Source: a virus
Reading direction: 5' to 3' (one strand)
Length of the DNA: 48,385 bases
IMG/VR virus record: IMGVR_UViG_3300010033_000002
Location: 1-48,385 of that record
Part shown: positions 1 to 8,133 of the stretch, in pieces
Position numbering within the stretch: the first letter of the stretch is position 1
Layout of the letters: each line of letters begins with the position of its first letter
The notes under the pieces: model-generated
Told to the model about the DNA's origin: nothing
Databases searched by the model: none
The model's input: only the letters and a program-made list of their open reading frames with translations
Position numbers and translations under genes: made by a program

Positions 1-123
1 GGAATATGAGTGGACTGCCACAATTGAATCTCAATGGGAGTCTTCAATATCAAGGACAACGGGCACAGGTCCTTGTGACCCAATATGTGAACAAGAACTA
101 TCAAACACGCCTGAAATTGAATA
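1..123. repeat. Terminal direct repeat, left copy (identical to 48263..48385)
   Basis: GGAATATGAGTGGACTGCC...CCTGAAATTGAATA is present at both window ends (123 nt, no mismatch seen by eye). It lies inside an open reading frame, so it most likely marks closure of a circular or circularly permuted assembly. Confidence 0.9.
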
Positions 124-547
124 TAACGCTAAATACGGCAGATTGAACGACAAAGTTCAATACTCCTTTGCTTTCTACGCAGCAAAGGGTACAAAGGACA
201 ACACTGTTTATGACGGTATATGTGGGTATAATTCACCCCCATTTGGAGGTAGGAATCAACTATCATCTTGTCAATTAGCGAATCCAAGCAATCAAACTGC
301 GTTCAATAACTGGTATGAGCAGTGCAATTTGCCAGGTGAGCGCACTGTTGTAGAAACGCTTCCCATAACAATAAAAGGTTTCATAGAAAAAGCGCCCGAT
401 GGCGTGGAGCCAAGGACGCTGAATCCATATGAACTGCCAGAAAATGTTGATATGGGCGCTGCGATATTAGATCTTTATAACACGGCCATGACTGCACATC
501 CTGACACGCCATTTATATTTGAATCTGATTTCTTGACCTTTATATAA
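1..547 (+). CDS. 3' part of the wrap-around distal tail/fibre-like gene (continuation of 46893..48385; unique part 124..547)
   Basis: The frame with codons at 2,5,8... is open from base 2 to the TAA at 545-547. It is the same frame as the ORF running off the right end once 48263 is mapped to 1. The listed ORF 143..547 is only the part after an internal TTG. Confidence 0.85.
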   Translation, partial: EYEWTATIESQWESSISRTTGTGPCDPICEQELSNTPEIEYNAKYGRLNDKVQYSFAFYAAKGTKDNTVYDGICGYNSPPFGGRNQLSSCQLANPSNQTAFNNWYEQCNLPGERTVVETLPITIKGFIEKAPDGVEPRTLNPYELPENVDMGAAILDLYNTAMTAHPDTPFIFESDFLTFI

Positions 548-617
548 AGCTCAAAAGAAGCACATAAAAAGTAAGCACGATTGCTGCTGAGTAAGCTGTG
601 GCCCTATAGTTAGTCAT
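540..617 (-). CDS. 25-aa hydrophobic micro-ORF (MTNYRATAYSAAIVLTFYVLLLSFI)
   Basis: AAGGAGGCAGACAATG gives a strong SD 5 nt before the ATG at 617. The product is a single TM-like peptide. It is below the ORF-track cutoff and its stop overlaps the convergent fibre-gene stop. Confidence 0.2.
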   Translation of the reverse strand: MTNYRATAYSAAIVLTFYVLLLSFI

Positions 618-925
618 TGTCTGCCTCCTTGAAAAAGTTTTCATAGTCTTCCTGGGTAAAGTCTTCCGGTAAATCCCCAAGGTTTTCATTATATTCAAGC
701 TGTCTTTTCAAGCCTGATTCATACCTTATCACATCTAATAACTGTTCGTCAACACTTATCCAACCTCTTGCCTGAGTTCAATTTCAAGGATGTCATACGG
801 TAGTCCCTTATTTGAAAATAGAGTCTTGGCTGATATTGGATACTCCTTTATAATGCCCTTTATAATTCGCCATGGTTGAGCCAATACTTTAACTGACCTT
901 ATGCGCTGTCTAAGAGTAAGAAGCA

Positions 926-1171
926 TTAATATACATACTCAACATGGAAATTTTGATCAGGCTTTAAGTATGAGCAAGGGTGTGTTTCGCCCAATACCCG
1001 AACAGATACGCAACGTTGTTCAGACATTGAATAATAAACCGTGGGTATTTCAATGTACATGTGTATACAGTAGGCAGCAAATACGCACACAGCAAAGAAC
1101 ATAACAACATTCAGCAGTAAGCATGCTGTCTTTTCATTTGTCCTGATTAATTGCAATTTCGTTCTCCTCAT
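926..1171 (-). CDS. Small membrane protein, start uncertain
   Basis: ORF with a hydrophobic segment (ACLLLNVVMFFAVCVFAAYCIHMYI). The annotated ATG overlaps the upstream gene by 38 nt and has a weak SD. Confidence 0.35.
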   Translation of the reverse strand: MRRTKLQLIRTNEKTACLLLNVVMFFAVCVFAAYCIHMYIEIPTVYYSMSEQRCVSVRVLGETHPCSYLKPDQNFHVEYVY

Positions 1172-1538
1172 CCCAATACTGTTTTAATACCTTTGCCGGT
1201 ATGGCTTTTAAAACCTCAATAGCATCATATATAGCGCGGTAAGTTGCACCATTGCAGTCGCATATACCATAACTAAGTCTGTGCTCTATTCTATCATGAA
1301 CAGTATCAGGCTCCTTTGAAAGCAGTTCTGCAACGCTGCTACGGTCCGCCAGACGACCGTTTATACGGAAGGTCGTACGTTCCCAATTTTTGCCTGTCTC
1401 CCGAGTGTGGCACACCGATATATAGCAGGATATCTTGTTGTCCCCATGCTGGTAATGTGTCTGCTTATTTGTTCGTCCATCCCAATGGTACACGTACTCC
1501 TGTCCCTGTGTTTTACGTAGTAAAGTTTCAAGATCCAT
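1134..1538 (-). CDS. Hypothetical protein (134 aa)
   Basis: Clean ORF with SD AGGAGCGTATAAAATG. No recognisable motif. Confidence 0.7.
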   Translation of the reverse strand: MDLETLLRKTQGQEYVYHWDGRTNKQTHYQHGDNKISCYISVCHTRETGKNWERTTFRINGRLADRSSVAELLSKEPDTVHDRIEHRLSYGICDCNGATYRAIYDAIEVLKAIPAKVLKQYWDEENEIAINQDK

Positions 1539-1604
1539 TTTATACGCTCCTATTAATGTTAAAACCTATACAACAGTATCAATCAAAATTGTATCTGTCA
1601 ACTA

Positions 1605-3527
1605 TTAATCTGCCTCTGACCAATTTTTACCAGACTTACTATCAACGAGCAATGGTACATCAAGTTTAACGGCGTTTTCCATTGTGTAGTTCATTTCTTC
1701 AACGGCTTCTAAGCCCTCTTTTGTGTCAGGTTCGCTTACGTCAAGCTCATCATGTACTGTTAGATGTGGTATCAGAGTTTCAAACAGACCTTTATTCCAG
1801 CATTGACGCATAGCTTCTTTCATAATATCAGCGGCAGAGCCCTGAATTAACCTGTTTGTCATACTGTGTAACTTCCTTGATGGATGTGTCCTTGCACGTC
1901 TACCTTTGATTGTGAATATGTAGCCTCTTTGACTGGCTACTGATGAAATAGCAGACCTTGTTGTTTTTATGTAAGGAGATTCTTTATGGTAGGTGTCCAT
2001 AAAGTGTTTAGATTCGTCCATGGTCCATCCAAATGTAGCAGCGGCAGTGGGAATACCCATGCCGTAAATTGCACCAAAGTTTAGACTCTTTGTGATCTTA
2101 CGGACGAATCCAGTTTTGTCCATGACCATTTGATGCCTATCCATTGTTGGGTCATCTATATACATTTGCCTTAATGCAACTGCTGCTGCTTCAGCATCCC
2201 TGTCTCTGTTGCCTGTGGCATAATGGGCTAATATCCTATACTCAACCTGAGAATAATCAGACCTGCGCCATTTGCAACCCTCTTCAGGGATAAATAAAGC
2301 GCGTATCATCTTACCCTTGACCTCTTTACCGTCAAAAGCTTGCATGCCTTCGTCCTCATCGTCATCCGCTTCTTTGGATGAAACCTGTTGAAGGTTGGGC
2401 TTAGAACAAGAGTAACGCCCTGATACAGTGCCGTATTTGTCTGTACGCAAAGGATGAAATGAACAATGCAACCGGCCCTTATAGATGAAATTAAGGTACG
2501 GTGCAAGGAAGAGGTCAATAGTAGTATTGTACTTTCTGTACTCCAATAAAACCTCTACTATTGGGTCATATTTTTTCATAGCCATTAAGGCTTTTTTATC
2601 AAGGTTTGGGTTGCCTTCCTTCTTACCATCTCTTAACATTTTCTCCGTTGGTGGTTTCCTGGGGTAGGGTATGCCTTTCCGGTCTAAAACCTTAGCCAGC
2701 TGAAAAGACGATGTGAAATTTATTTCGTAACCGGCCCATTTCGTGAGCTGTTCCTTAAGCTGATAGTGGCGCTCAGTGACGTACTGTATAGTATGCTTTA
2801 ATAAGGGTTCATCAATTCTAACACCTTGCCTATGCATTTTTACATACATGGGGATCAACTCCCTTTCCATGTCGTAAATCTGCAACAAGTTTTGTTGTTC
2901 AAGCTTAATTTTTTGAAACTTGAATATCTCTAAGGGTAACTCAACGTCTTTTATTGCGTACTCTGCTGCGACATTAGAGGGCATGCGCCATATGTTCTCT
3001 ATTGCTTTGCCTTTCCATCCTTGCTTTGCAGCATAATTCTCTAATACGTAGGTCTTTTTAGAGTCAAGACCGTACCCTTTGGCCAATCTATCAAGGGCAT
3101 AGGTCCTTTTATATTCATCAAGTAAAGGCTCAGCTATTTGTACGTCATGGAGACCCCCATTAACTGCCATTCCCATGGACTCTAAGCCTTCTACATCATA
3201 CTGTATATTTGCACCAAGTTTATCAGACTTTGTTTTTAAAACCTCTTCAGCTATGGCTAAGGACTCCTTGCCCATAGGTGTATCTGGTTTGATATCGGAG
3301 TGGTTAAAAGGCAAGTAAAATTTATTATGGGGGTCACTTGCTACGGCTAAACCGGTGACATAGGCGTCTCTATGGAATCCTGGTCCTTTTTCAAATAAGT
3401 CTGGGTCTTTACTCTCAATATCTATGGCTATCAAAGGTGCATTCAACACCTTTGAAACCATCTCATTAGTCGGAAGTTGATACGCTTTGTAAACAGGATT
3501 GTTTGTATCGCCAACATATATGGTCAT
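1605..3527 (-). CDS. Family A DNA polymerase with 3'-5' exonuclease domain
   Basis: ExoI-like IAIDIESKD; motif A DYSQVEYRILAHY; motif B KSLNFGAIYGMG; motif C LTVHDELD. Confidence 0.95.
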   Translation of the reverse strand: MTIYVGDTNNPVYKAYQLPTNEMVSKVLNAPLIAIDIESKDPDLFEKGPGFHRDAYVTGLAVASDPHNKFYLPFNHSDIKPDTPMGKESLAIAEEVLKTKSDKLGANIQYDVEGLESMGMAVNGGLHDVQIAEPLLDEYKRTYALDRLAKGYGLDSKKTYVLENYAAKQGWKGKAIENIWRMPSNVAAEYAIKDVELPLEIFKFQKIKLEQQNLLQIYDMERELIPMYVKMHRQGVRIDEPLLKHTIQYVTERHYQLKEQLTKWAGYEINFTSSFQLAKVLDRKGIPYPRKPPTEKMLRDGKKEGNPNLDKKALMAMKKYDPIVEVLLEYRKYNTTIDLFLAPYLNFIYKGRLHCSFHPLRTDKYGTVSGRYSCSKPNLQQVSSKEADDDEDEGMQAFDGKEVKGKMIRALFIPEEGCKWRRSDYSQVEYRILAHYATGNRDRDAEAAAVALRQMYIDDPTMDRHQMVMDKTGFVRKITKSLNFGAIYGMGIPTAAATFGWTMDESKHFMDTYHKESPYIKTTRSAISSVASQRGYIFTIKGRRARTHPSRKLHSMTNRLIQGSAADIMKEAMRQCWNKGLFETLIPHLTVHDELDVSEPDTKEGLEAVEEMNYTMENAVKLDVPLLVDSKSGKNWSEAD

Positions 3528-3779
3528 TTACTGTTTCCTCTGTCTTAGATTTTTGTAGTGTCTGGCCCAAAATATTTCTTTGCACCTATTGGTGCAGTAG
3601 CGTTTGTTGCTCTTAGATGTTTTTACAACCTTTCCACATGTGGGGCATGGGAAGGTATAAAGCTTTTTCTTTTTAAGGATAACTTTGTCACGGCATTTGT
3701 CGCAGGTCTTACGCGCCATATGGCCTAAGAATTTTTTACCGCACTCTTTACACCTTAACACTCTGTCGACTACTGGCAT
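3528..3779 (-). CDS. Small zinc-ribbon protein (four CxxC pairs)
   Basis: CKEC, CDKC, CPTC and CTNRC with a basic tail. Its stop abuts the polymerase start. Confidence 0.75.
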   Translation of the reverse strand: MPVVDRVLRCKECGKKFLGHMARKTCDKCRDKVILKKKKLYTFPCPTCGKVVKTSKSNKRYCTNRCKEIFWARHYKNLRQRKQ

Positions 3780-3809
3780 AACACCCCCTGTATAAAATCC
3801 ATTTTTTCA

Positions 3810-3915
3810 AAACCGTTAAATCAAGAAATGGGAGCACCGTAGCTTTTTTGCATACTCTTGGTTGCCTTTGAAACTTGCCCCACAGTGCCCCCAGTTCTTG
3901 ATTTAAGAGCGGTTT
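3810..3915. promoter_or_regulatory. Long imperfect inverted repeat in the leader upstream of the Zn-ribbon/PolA genes
   Basis: AAACCGTTAAATCAAGAA (3810-3827) pairs with TTCTTGATTTAAGAGCGGTTT (3895-3915). That is 6+12 bp with a 3-nt bulge and a 67-nt spacer. Confidence 0.4.
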
Positions 3916-3976
3916 ATTTTTCATAATAAATTCAGTTTTTTATAATTTCGTTTTATGGTCATGACTATTTAAAAAT

Positions 3977-4136
3977 AACACACTAATCTAATGTTAATAT
4001 ACATAACAAAATCAACAACATATAGGTTCAGCTTTTCTGAATGTAACCACATGCATAGCGTACAAACCTCCGTTAAACTCAAAATTTAAGCCCTTGAACG
4101 TGACTCGCTGTTTTATAGCTGTTATATGGCTATGAG
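3977..4136 (+). repeat. Copy A of a three-copy ~155-nt intergenic element (sense given for this copy)
   Basis: Aligns by eye with the reverse complements of 21611-21765 and 26761-26912. Shared blocks are ACACTAATCTAATGTTAATAT, AAAATCAACAACATAT.GGTTCAGCTTTTCTGA.TGT.ACC and GTTATAT.GC.ATG. Confidence 0.7.
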
Positions 4137-4156
4137 TTCCTTGGCACGTCATTTGC

Positions 4157-5527
4157 TTACACCATGAAATAATGCCCGGGGTAATGGTGCTGCGTAGAAG
4201 GTGCAAGAACAGTGAGCCTATTTTTAGCTCTTGTTACGGCTGTATATAGGCACCTTAATTCCGCATCAGGGTCAGACCTGTAGCCCTCATCAACTCTATT
4301 TGTCATACTCAGATCCAGTATAACATGGTCATTCTCTGACCCTTTACTGCTATGAAACGTTTCCAAAAGCACAGGTTTTTGTTTTATCCTGGGCATTGCA
4401 AGCTTGTAATAATTGGCATTATATTCAGGGGAAAGGGCAGTATACCAAGGTTTAGAGCTATGCATTTCGGGGAAATATGAAGAGTATTTAGACAACTCAT
4501 CAACGGACACTTTGCCCTCCTGGCATTGCTCATAGGTATGTATTCCCTTAACCAATTGTCGGTCTATGGACAATTTACCCTTATACCTATATGGGATACC
4601 CATGGAGTTTAAAGACTCTGCCATGCCTTGTAAAAGTCTGTTTGTACGACAAAGTACAAGCTCACCGCCTTCAATGGGGACATCGTTTAATGTAGCGTGG
4701 TTCTCAAAATGCCCCACTGCATCCCTTGGTGTATACTTTTTCTCCTTCCTTACAGATATATCTTTTGCAATCCGGCTTGCAATCTTGTGCACCGTAAAGG
4801 GGACTCTATAGCTATGGGTCAGGACTTTCTGTTTCCTTGAATATGCCAGAAAACGCTTTACATCTGCCCCTGCCCAGGCAAATACCGATTGATCATCATC
4901 CCCGGCTACATAGATCTTTTTAGCCTTGCCGAATAGCTTAGCCACAATACGCCATTGAAGTGGAGTGAGGTCTTGACCCTCATCAATAAACGCAACCTCA
5001 ACAGGCAAGGGTTTGCCATGTTTTTCATAGTTCAATAGTAAGTCGTCAAAGTCGATTATGCCTATCTGCTTTTTCATTTCAGCGTACTGAAACCTAACAA
5101 AGTCGAGCTTATTTTCGTCAACTTCTTGAGACAGGGCGTTGGCAAGTTTGTGGTTGTGTTTTTCCATTGATACAATATGCAAGTATATGTCATCACTGCA
5201 AGAAAAATCATCAGTATAATACCCGGTAAAATTGATGCCCGTCTTCTCTGATAGCTCCCTGTAATGGAACTTTGTTATGATGCTACTCCGGTCTGTTCCC
5301 ATAGCTTTAAAACAAAGAGAATGTATAGTTCTAAAGTGTTTAAGTCCATGGTCTGATAGTTTGTATTGTTTCTTAGCTCTTTGCGCTCCCTCATAAGTAC
5401 CTTGACGTGTAAAGGACGCAAAGGCAACTTTTGAAGCAAACCGGCCTTTTAGTTCCTTGCCTAACAGCTCCATTAAATAAGTTGTCTTGCCAGTACCAGG
5501 AGGTCCAAATATCATTTGTCGTCTCAA
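4157..5527 (-). CDS. UvrD/Rep-like superfamily 1 DNA helicase
   Basis: Walker A GPPGTGKTT; motif II FIDEGQDL; motif III VAGDDDQSVFAWAGA; motif IV SYRVP; motif V TFHSSKGSENDHVIL; motif VI LYTAVTRAKNRL. Confidence 0.9.
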   Translation of the reverse strand: MRRQMIFGPPGTGKTTYLMELLGKELKGRFASKVAFASFTRQGTYEGAQRAKKQYKLSDHGLKHFRTIHSLCFKAMGTDRSSIITKFHYRELSEKTGINFTGYYTDDFSCSDDIYLHIVSMEKHNHKLANALSQEVDENKLDFVRFQYAEMKKQIGIIDFDDLLLNYEKHGKPLPVEVAFIDEGQDLTPLQWRIVAKLFGKAKKIYVAGDDDQSVFAWAGADVKRFLAYSRKQKVLTHSYRVPFTVHKIASRIAKDISVRKEKKYTPRDAVGHFENHATLNDVPIEGGELVLCRTNRLLQGMAESLNSMGIPYRYKGKLSIDRQLVKGIHTYEQCQEGKVSVDELSKYSSYFPEMHSSKPWYTALSPEYNANYYKLAMPRIKQKPVLLETFHSSKGSENDHVILDLSMTNRVDEGYRSDPDAELRCLYTAVTRAKNRLTVLAPSTQHHYPGHYFMV

Positions 5528-7095
5528 AACTTGCTTTCTCCTTTGTAGTCTATGGGGACTTGCTCAATCTTTTCCTCATCCTTGCCCCTAAGCTTTATGG
5601 CTATGCCATTTTTCTGCAAAGTTTTTAAGGGGATGTACCAACCTCTGTTGCTTTGACCTATTTCCGGCATTCTGAGCTTTTTAGAACTGTCTGCCCCCAT
5701 TTCACGTAGCAACTTGTGATGCATAGACTTCGGCCAACTTCTAAACATACCTGATTTTTCCAAGTGTTCTAAAAGCTTAGAACCTTTAAACCACATATTA
5801 TCTTTGTCATCTTGCCATACTAAACCCTCTTCAATTGCACTTGGTATAGCTGCTTTCCTGGTGCTAAAAAATTCCTCAACCTTGCCCAACCATAGAGAAT
5901 CTCCAGACATATCGTCTGATGTACTTTCTTCTACAACAACGGAATTCAATGCCCTGTTTAATATTTCACTCCAAGCAGCATCTTTAAGCCTGCAAGGTAC
6001 ATGATGTAGGTATCTCAGGCACAGCTCACGAAACTTGCCCTGATTCATTAATTCTGTTTCGGTATAAAAGAACATATCAACACCGTTTATTGTCCACTTA
6101 TAATAGGGTTGTGAGCACACAACTTGTACAAGTCTTTCAAAGGACAAATCACTGACATTTCCAGCACCTTTGCCATAGTGCCTGAGCTTACATAGGTCTT
6201 TGTCGCAGCACTCTTTTAAAGTTCCATCTGAACATTGATAACTGTATTCGCCTTTTTTATGTGAGGATATAACCGTATTTTCAAGTTCCCCTGGATCTAT
6301 GGGGAAGTCTATCTTAGAGTTCAATGTTTGTAGCTTGTTACCAAAGTCATCCCCAAACCTGGCCTTTAAATATACAGCACAGTTGAAGAGAAAACTGTTT
6401 CGCCCACCTTTATCAGGGCCACCCTGTAAATAGAGCGCTTGCAAGCATGGAGGAGCCTCTGACAAGGGTATATGCTCAAGTGCCTTGGTCAGCTCTTTGA
6501 GTGTGACACGATTGAGCATAGCTGTCTCTATGGCTTCTTCTATTGCCATAGGGGAGCCGTCTAAACTATAGGCATATCGCGCAGTGTTTTTATAATTAAA
6601 GTAGGGTATGTTTATGTAATTCCCTGTGCCTATCAATCTTGTTTGCTTAGGGAATACTTCAGTGTCTTTAGGTAAACCTAATATTACACGTATTTGCTGT
6701 ATTAAGGGCACTGCTTTTTCAGCAAGCGTATCTTCAGAGAAAAAGCAATATAAATGCAATCCACCTGACTTGCTCCGAAATCCCATCAAGGGCAGTTGTG
6801 CCCTTTTGAGGATCTTTAAATATGTAACAGGGTTTAAAGGGTATACGTCAACGTCTATTGCGGCAAACCGTATGTTATGGTTTTTGTCAATAGGTACAAT
6901 ACCGATGGATTCCGCGCCGTGTATATGCTTCAGGTAATGCTCAAGTAAAAGAGGTTCAGTCTTGGTAAAGGATTTGCCTTTAGCTTTTTCTCCTGCTTTA
7001 AAAGGTCCTTTATCAGGAACATGCACCCCTCTTACTGAGTTATTACCCCGGAACAACTCCGCAAAGGCGTCGGCGAATTTCCGGGCGAAGGTCAT
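5524..7095 (-). CDS. Archaeo-eukaryotic-type primase-polymerase (PrimPol) with PriCT-like domain
   Basis: AEP motifs: AAIDVDVY (DxD) and FRSKSGGLHLYCFF (sGGxH). The downstream segment GGRNSFLFNCAVYLKARFG resembles a primase C-terminal domain. Confidence 0.8.
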   Translation of the reverse strand: MTFARKFADAFAELFRGNNSVRGVHVPDKGPFKAGEKAKGKSFTKTEPLLLEHYLKHIHGAESIGIVPIDKNHNIRFAAIDVDVYPLNPVTYLKILKRAQLPLMGFRSKSGGLHLYCFFSEDTLAEKAVPLIQQIRVILGLPKDTEVFPKQTRLIGTGNYINIPYFNYKNTARYAYSLDGSPMAIEEAIETAMLNRVTLKELTKALEHIPLSEAPPCLQALYLQGGPDKGGRNSFLFNCAVYLKARFGDDFGNKLQTLNSKIDFPIDPGELENTVISSHKKGEYSYQCSDGTLKECCDKDLCKLRHYGKGAGNVSDLSFERLVQVVCSQPYYKWTINGVDMFFYTETELMNQGKFRELCLRYLHHVPCRLKDAAWSEILNRALNSVVVEESTSDDMSGDSLWLGKVEEFFSTRKAAIPSAIEEGLVWQDDKDNMWFKGSKLLEHLEKSGMFRSWPKSMHHKLLREMGADSSKKLRMPEIGQSNRGWYIPLKTLQKNGIAIKLRGKDEEKIEQVPIDYKGESKF

Positions 7096-7757
7096 TATCT
7101 TGTCCTGTTGTTGGAGAAGGTGAAAAGGTAGTCTTGATACAAATCATTGTCATGCAGGTAGGCAACCAAATCGTGGACGGCCTGAGACAACTGTGCCCCA
7201 ATATACCGCATGTCAGATTCACTGTGTTCAATTGGGATTTCATAGGTGTCAACAAGTTCCTTTCTGTCCTCACCTGCCCATTCTGCAACAAGGTATTTAA
7301 AGAATGTTTTGCCAGTCAGATATGGGTACAAACGATGTTGCCAGCCTTTTTTATACTTCTGTTCGCCTTTGTAATTAATAGTTGTCTTGATGTCATAAAT
7401 TCTGTCATCAAATTCAACATCCATTTTGCCATAGAATACAACGTTATATTCCCCTATCTGCAATTCCTTCTTGCAAACCTGTTGAAACTTGCCGCCTATG
7501 CATGCAGTCGCAATTTTGTTGAAGTGTTTTGACCCTTCAGTAACTTCCTTAAGCCCTTCAAACTCGGCGATTTGTGCGAATTTTTGCACCTCATCTTCAA
7601 AGGCATTACCCCATTGCACCCATTCGGGCATTTTGCCATATTCACGGCGTATGGTCTGTATGAAACCGGCCTCCGCTCTTTCCTTCCATGATGGTGGGGC
7701 GTTCTTGGCGAATTCCAATTTGTCTAATAAAGTCGGGGTTATCAAGTGTGTAGTCAT
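7095..7757 (-). CDS. PD-(D/E)XK family nuclease (phage exonuclease-like)
   Basis: GKMDVEFDDRIYDIKTT (D...D-x-K core) and QHRLY (QhxxY). There is a strong SD (AAAGGAGTTTTTAATG) at 7757. Confidence 0.7.
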   Translation of the reverse strand: MTTHLITPTLLDKLEFAKNAPPSWKERAEAGFIQTIRREYGKMPEWVQWGNAFEDEVQKFAQIAEFEGLKEVTEGSKHFNKIATACIGGKFQQVCKKELQIGEYNVVFYGKMDVEFDDRIYDIKTTINYKGEQKYKKGWQHRLYPYLTGKTFFKYLVAEWAGEDRKELVDTYEIPIEHSESDMRYIGAQLSQAVHDLVAYLHDNDLYQDYLFTFSNNRTR

Positions 7758-8133
7758 TAAAAACTCCTTTTAGTATAGCCACTTGATCTCTGTGGCCCAC
7801 AGCAAGCATATAATTAAGTTTTAAAGTCTGTGCGCGTTTCATGTAGGGCAGTTGTCCAGGTTGCCATTTGAGGTTGTCAAGCACAGACATAAGTCTATTC
7901 ACTTTTAGCATTTTACACTCTATAAACCAGTATTCCGCGCGTCGGAGTAACAGAACATCAGGGGTGCCATTTTGGTCCATATTCTCGATGTTATGGAACT
8001 TCCATCCCAATGGCCTTGACACATTTTTAATCAAGGCTTCAAGGGTTGTTTCACGCTTTAATGGGGACCTTAGCCTGAAAACTTCACAGGCTAAGGTATT
8101 TCCCATCAGGTCATAGGTTTGTTTGAATGTCAA
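7642..8133 (-). CDS. VRR-NUC / Holliday-junction-resolvase-like nuclease
   Basis: GTPDVLLL ... YWFIECKM ... WQPGQLPYM fits the D...ExK...Q pattern of VRR-NUC. The last 116 nt overlap the next gene out of frame. Confidence 0.65.
   Translation of the reverse strand: MTFKQTYDLMGNTLACEVFRLRSPLKRETTLEALIKNVSRPLGWKFHNIENMDQNGTPDVLLLRRAEYWFIECKMLKVNRLMSVLDNLKWQPGQLPYMKRAQTLKLNYMLAVGHRDQVAILKGVFNDYTLDNPDFIRQIGIRQERPTIMEGKSGGRFHTDHTP

Noticed and set aside
1-123. The 123-nt end repeat as true physical direct terminal repeats or a cos region.
   Set aside because: The repeat lies in the middle of a continuous coding frame and has no flanking packaging-type signals. An assembly overlap of a circular or permuted genome is the simpler reading. 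This is not formally excluded without read-end data.
901-1104. Plus-strand ORF 901-1104 (67 aa).
   Set aside because: It has no SD, lies opposite a minus-strand ORF in a minus-strand gene block, and its product is low-complexity and basic.
4012-4206. A 64-aa minus-strand ORF overlapping the helicase 3' end.
   Set aside because: It overlaps the helicase gene by 50 nt. Only its last 14 codons are conserved in the other copies of the repeat, and those are treated as a micro-ORF within the repeat finding.
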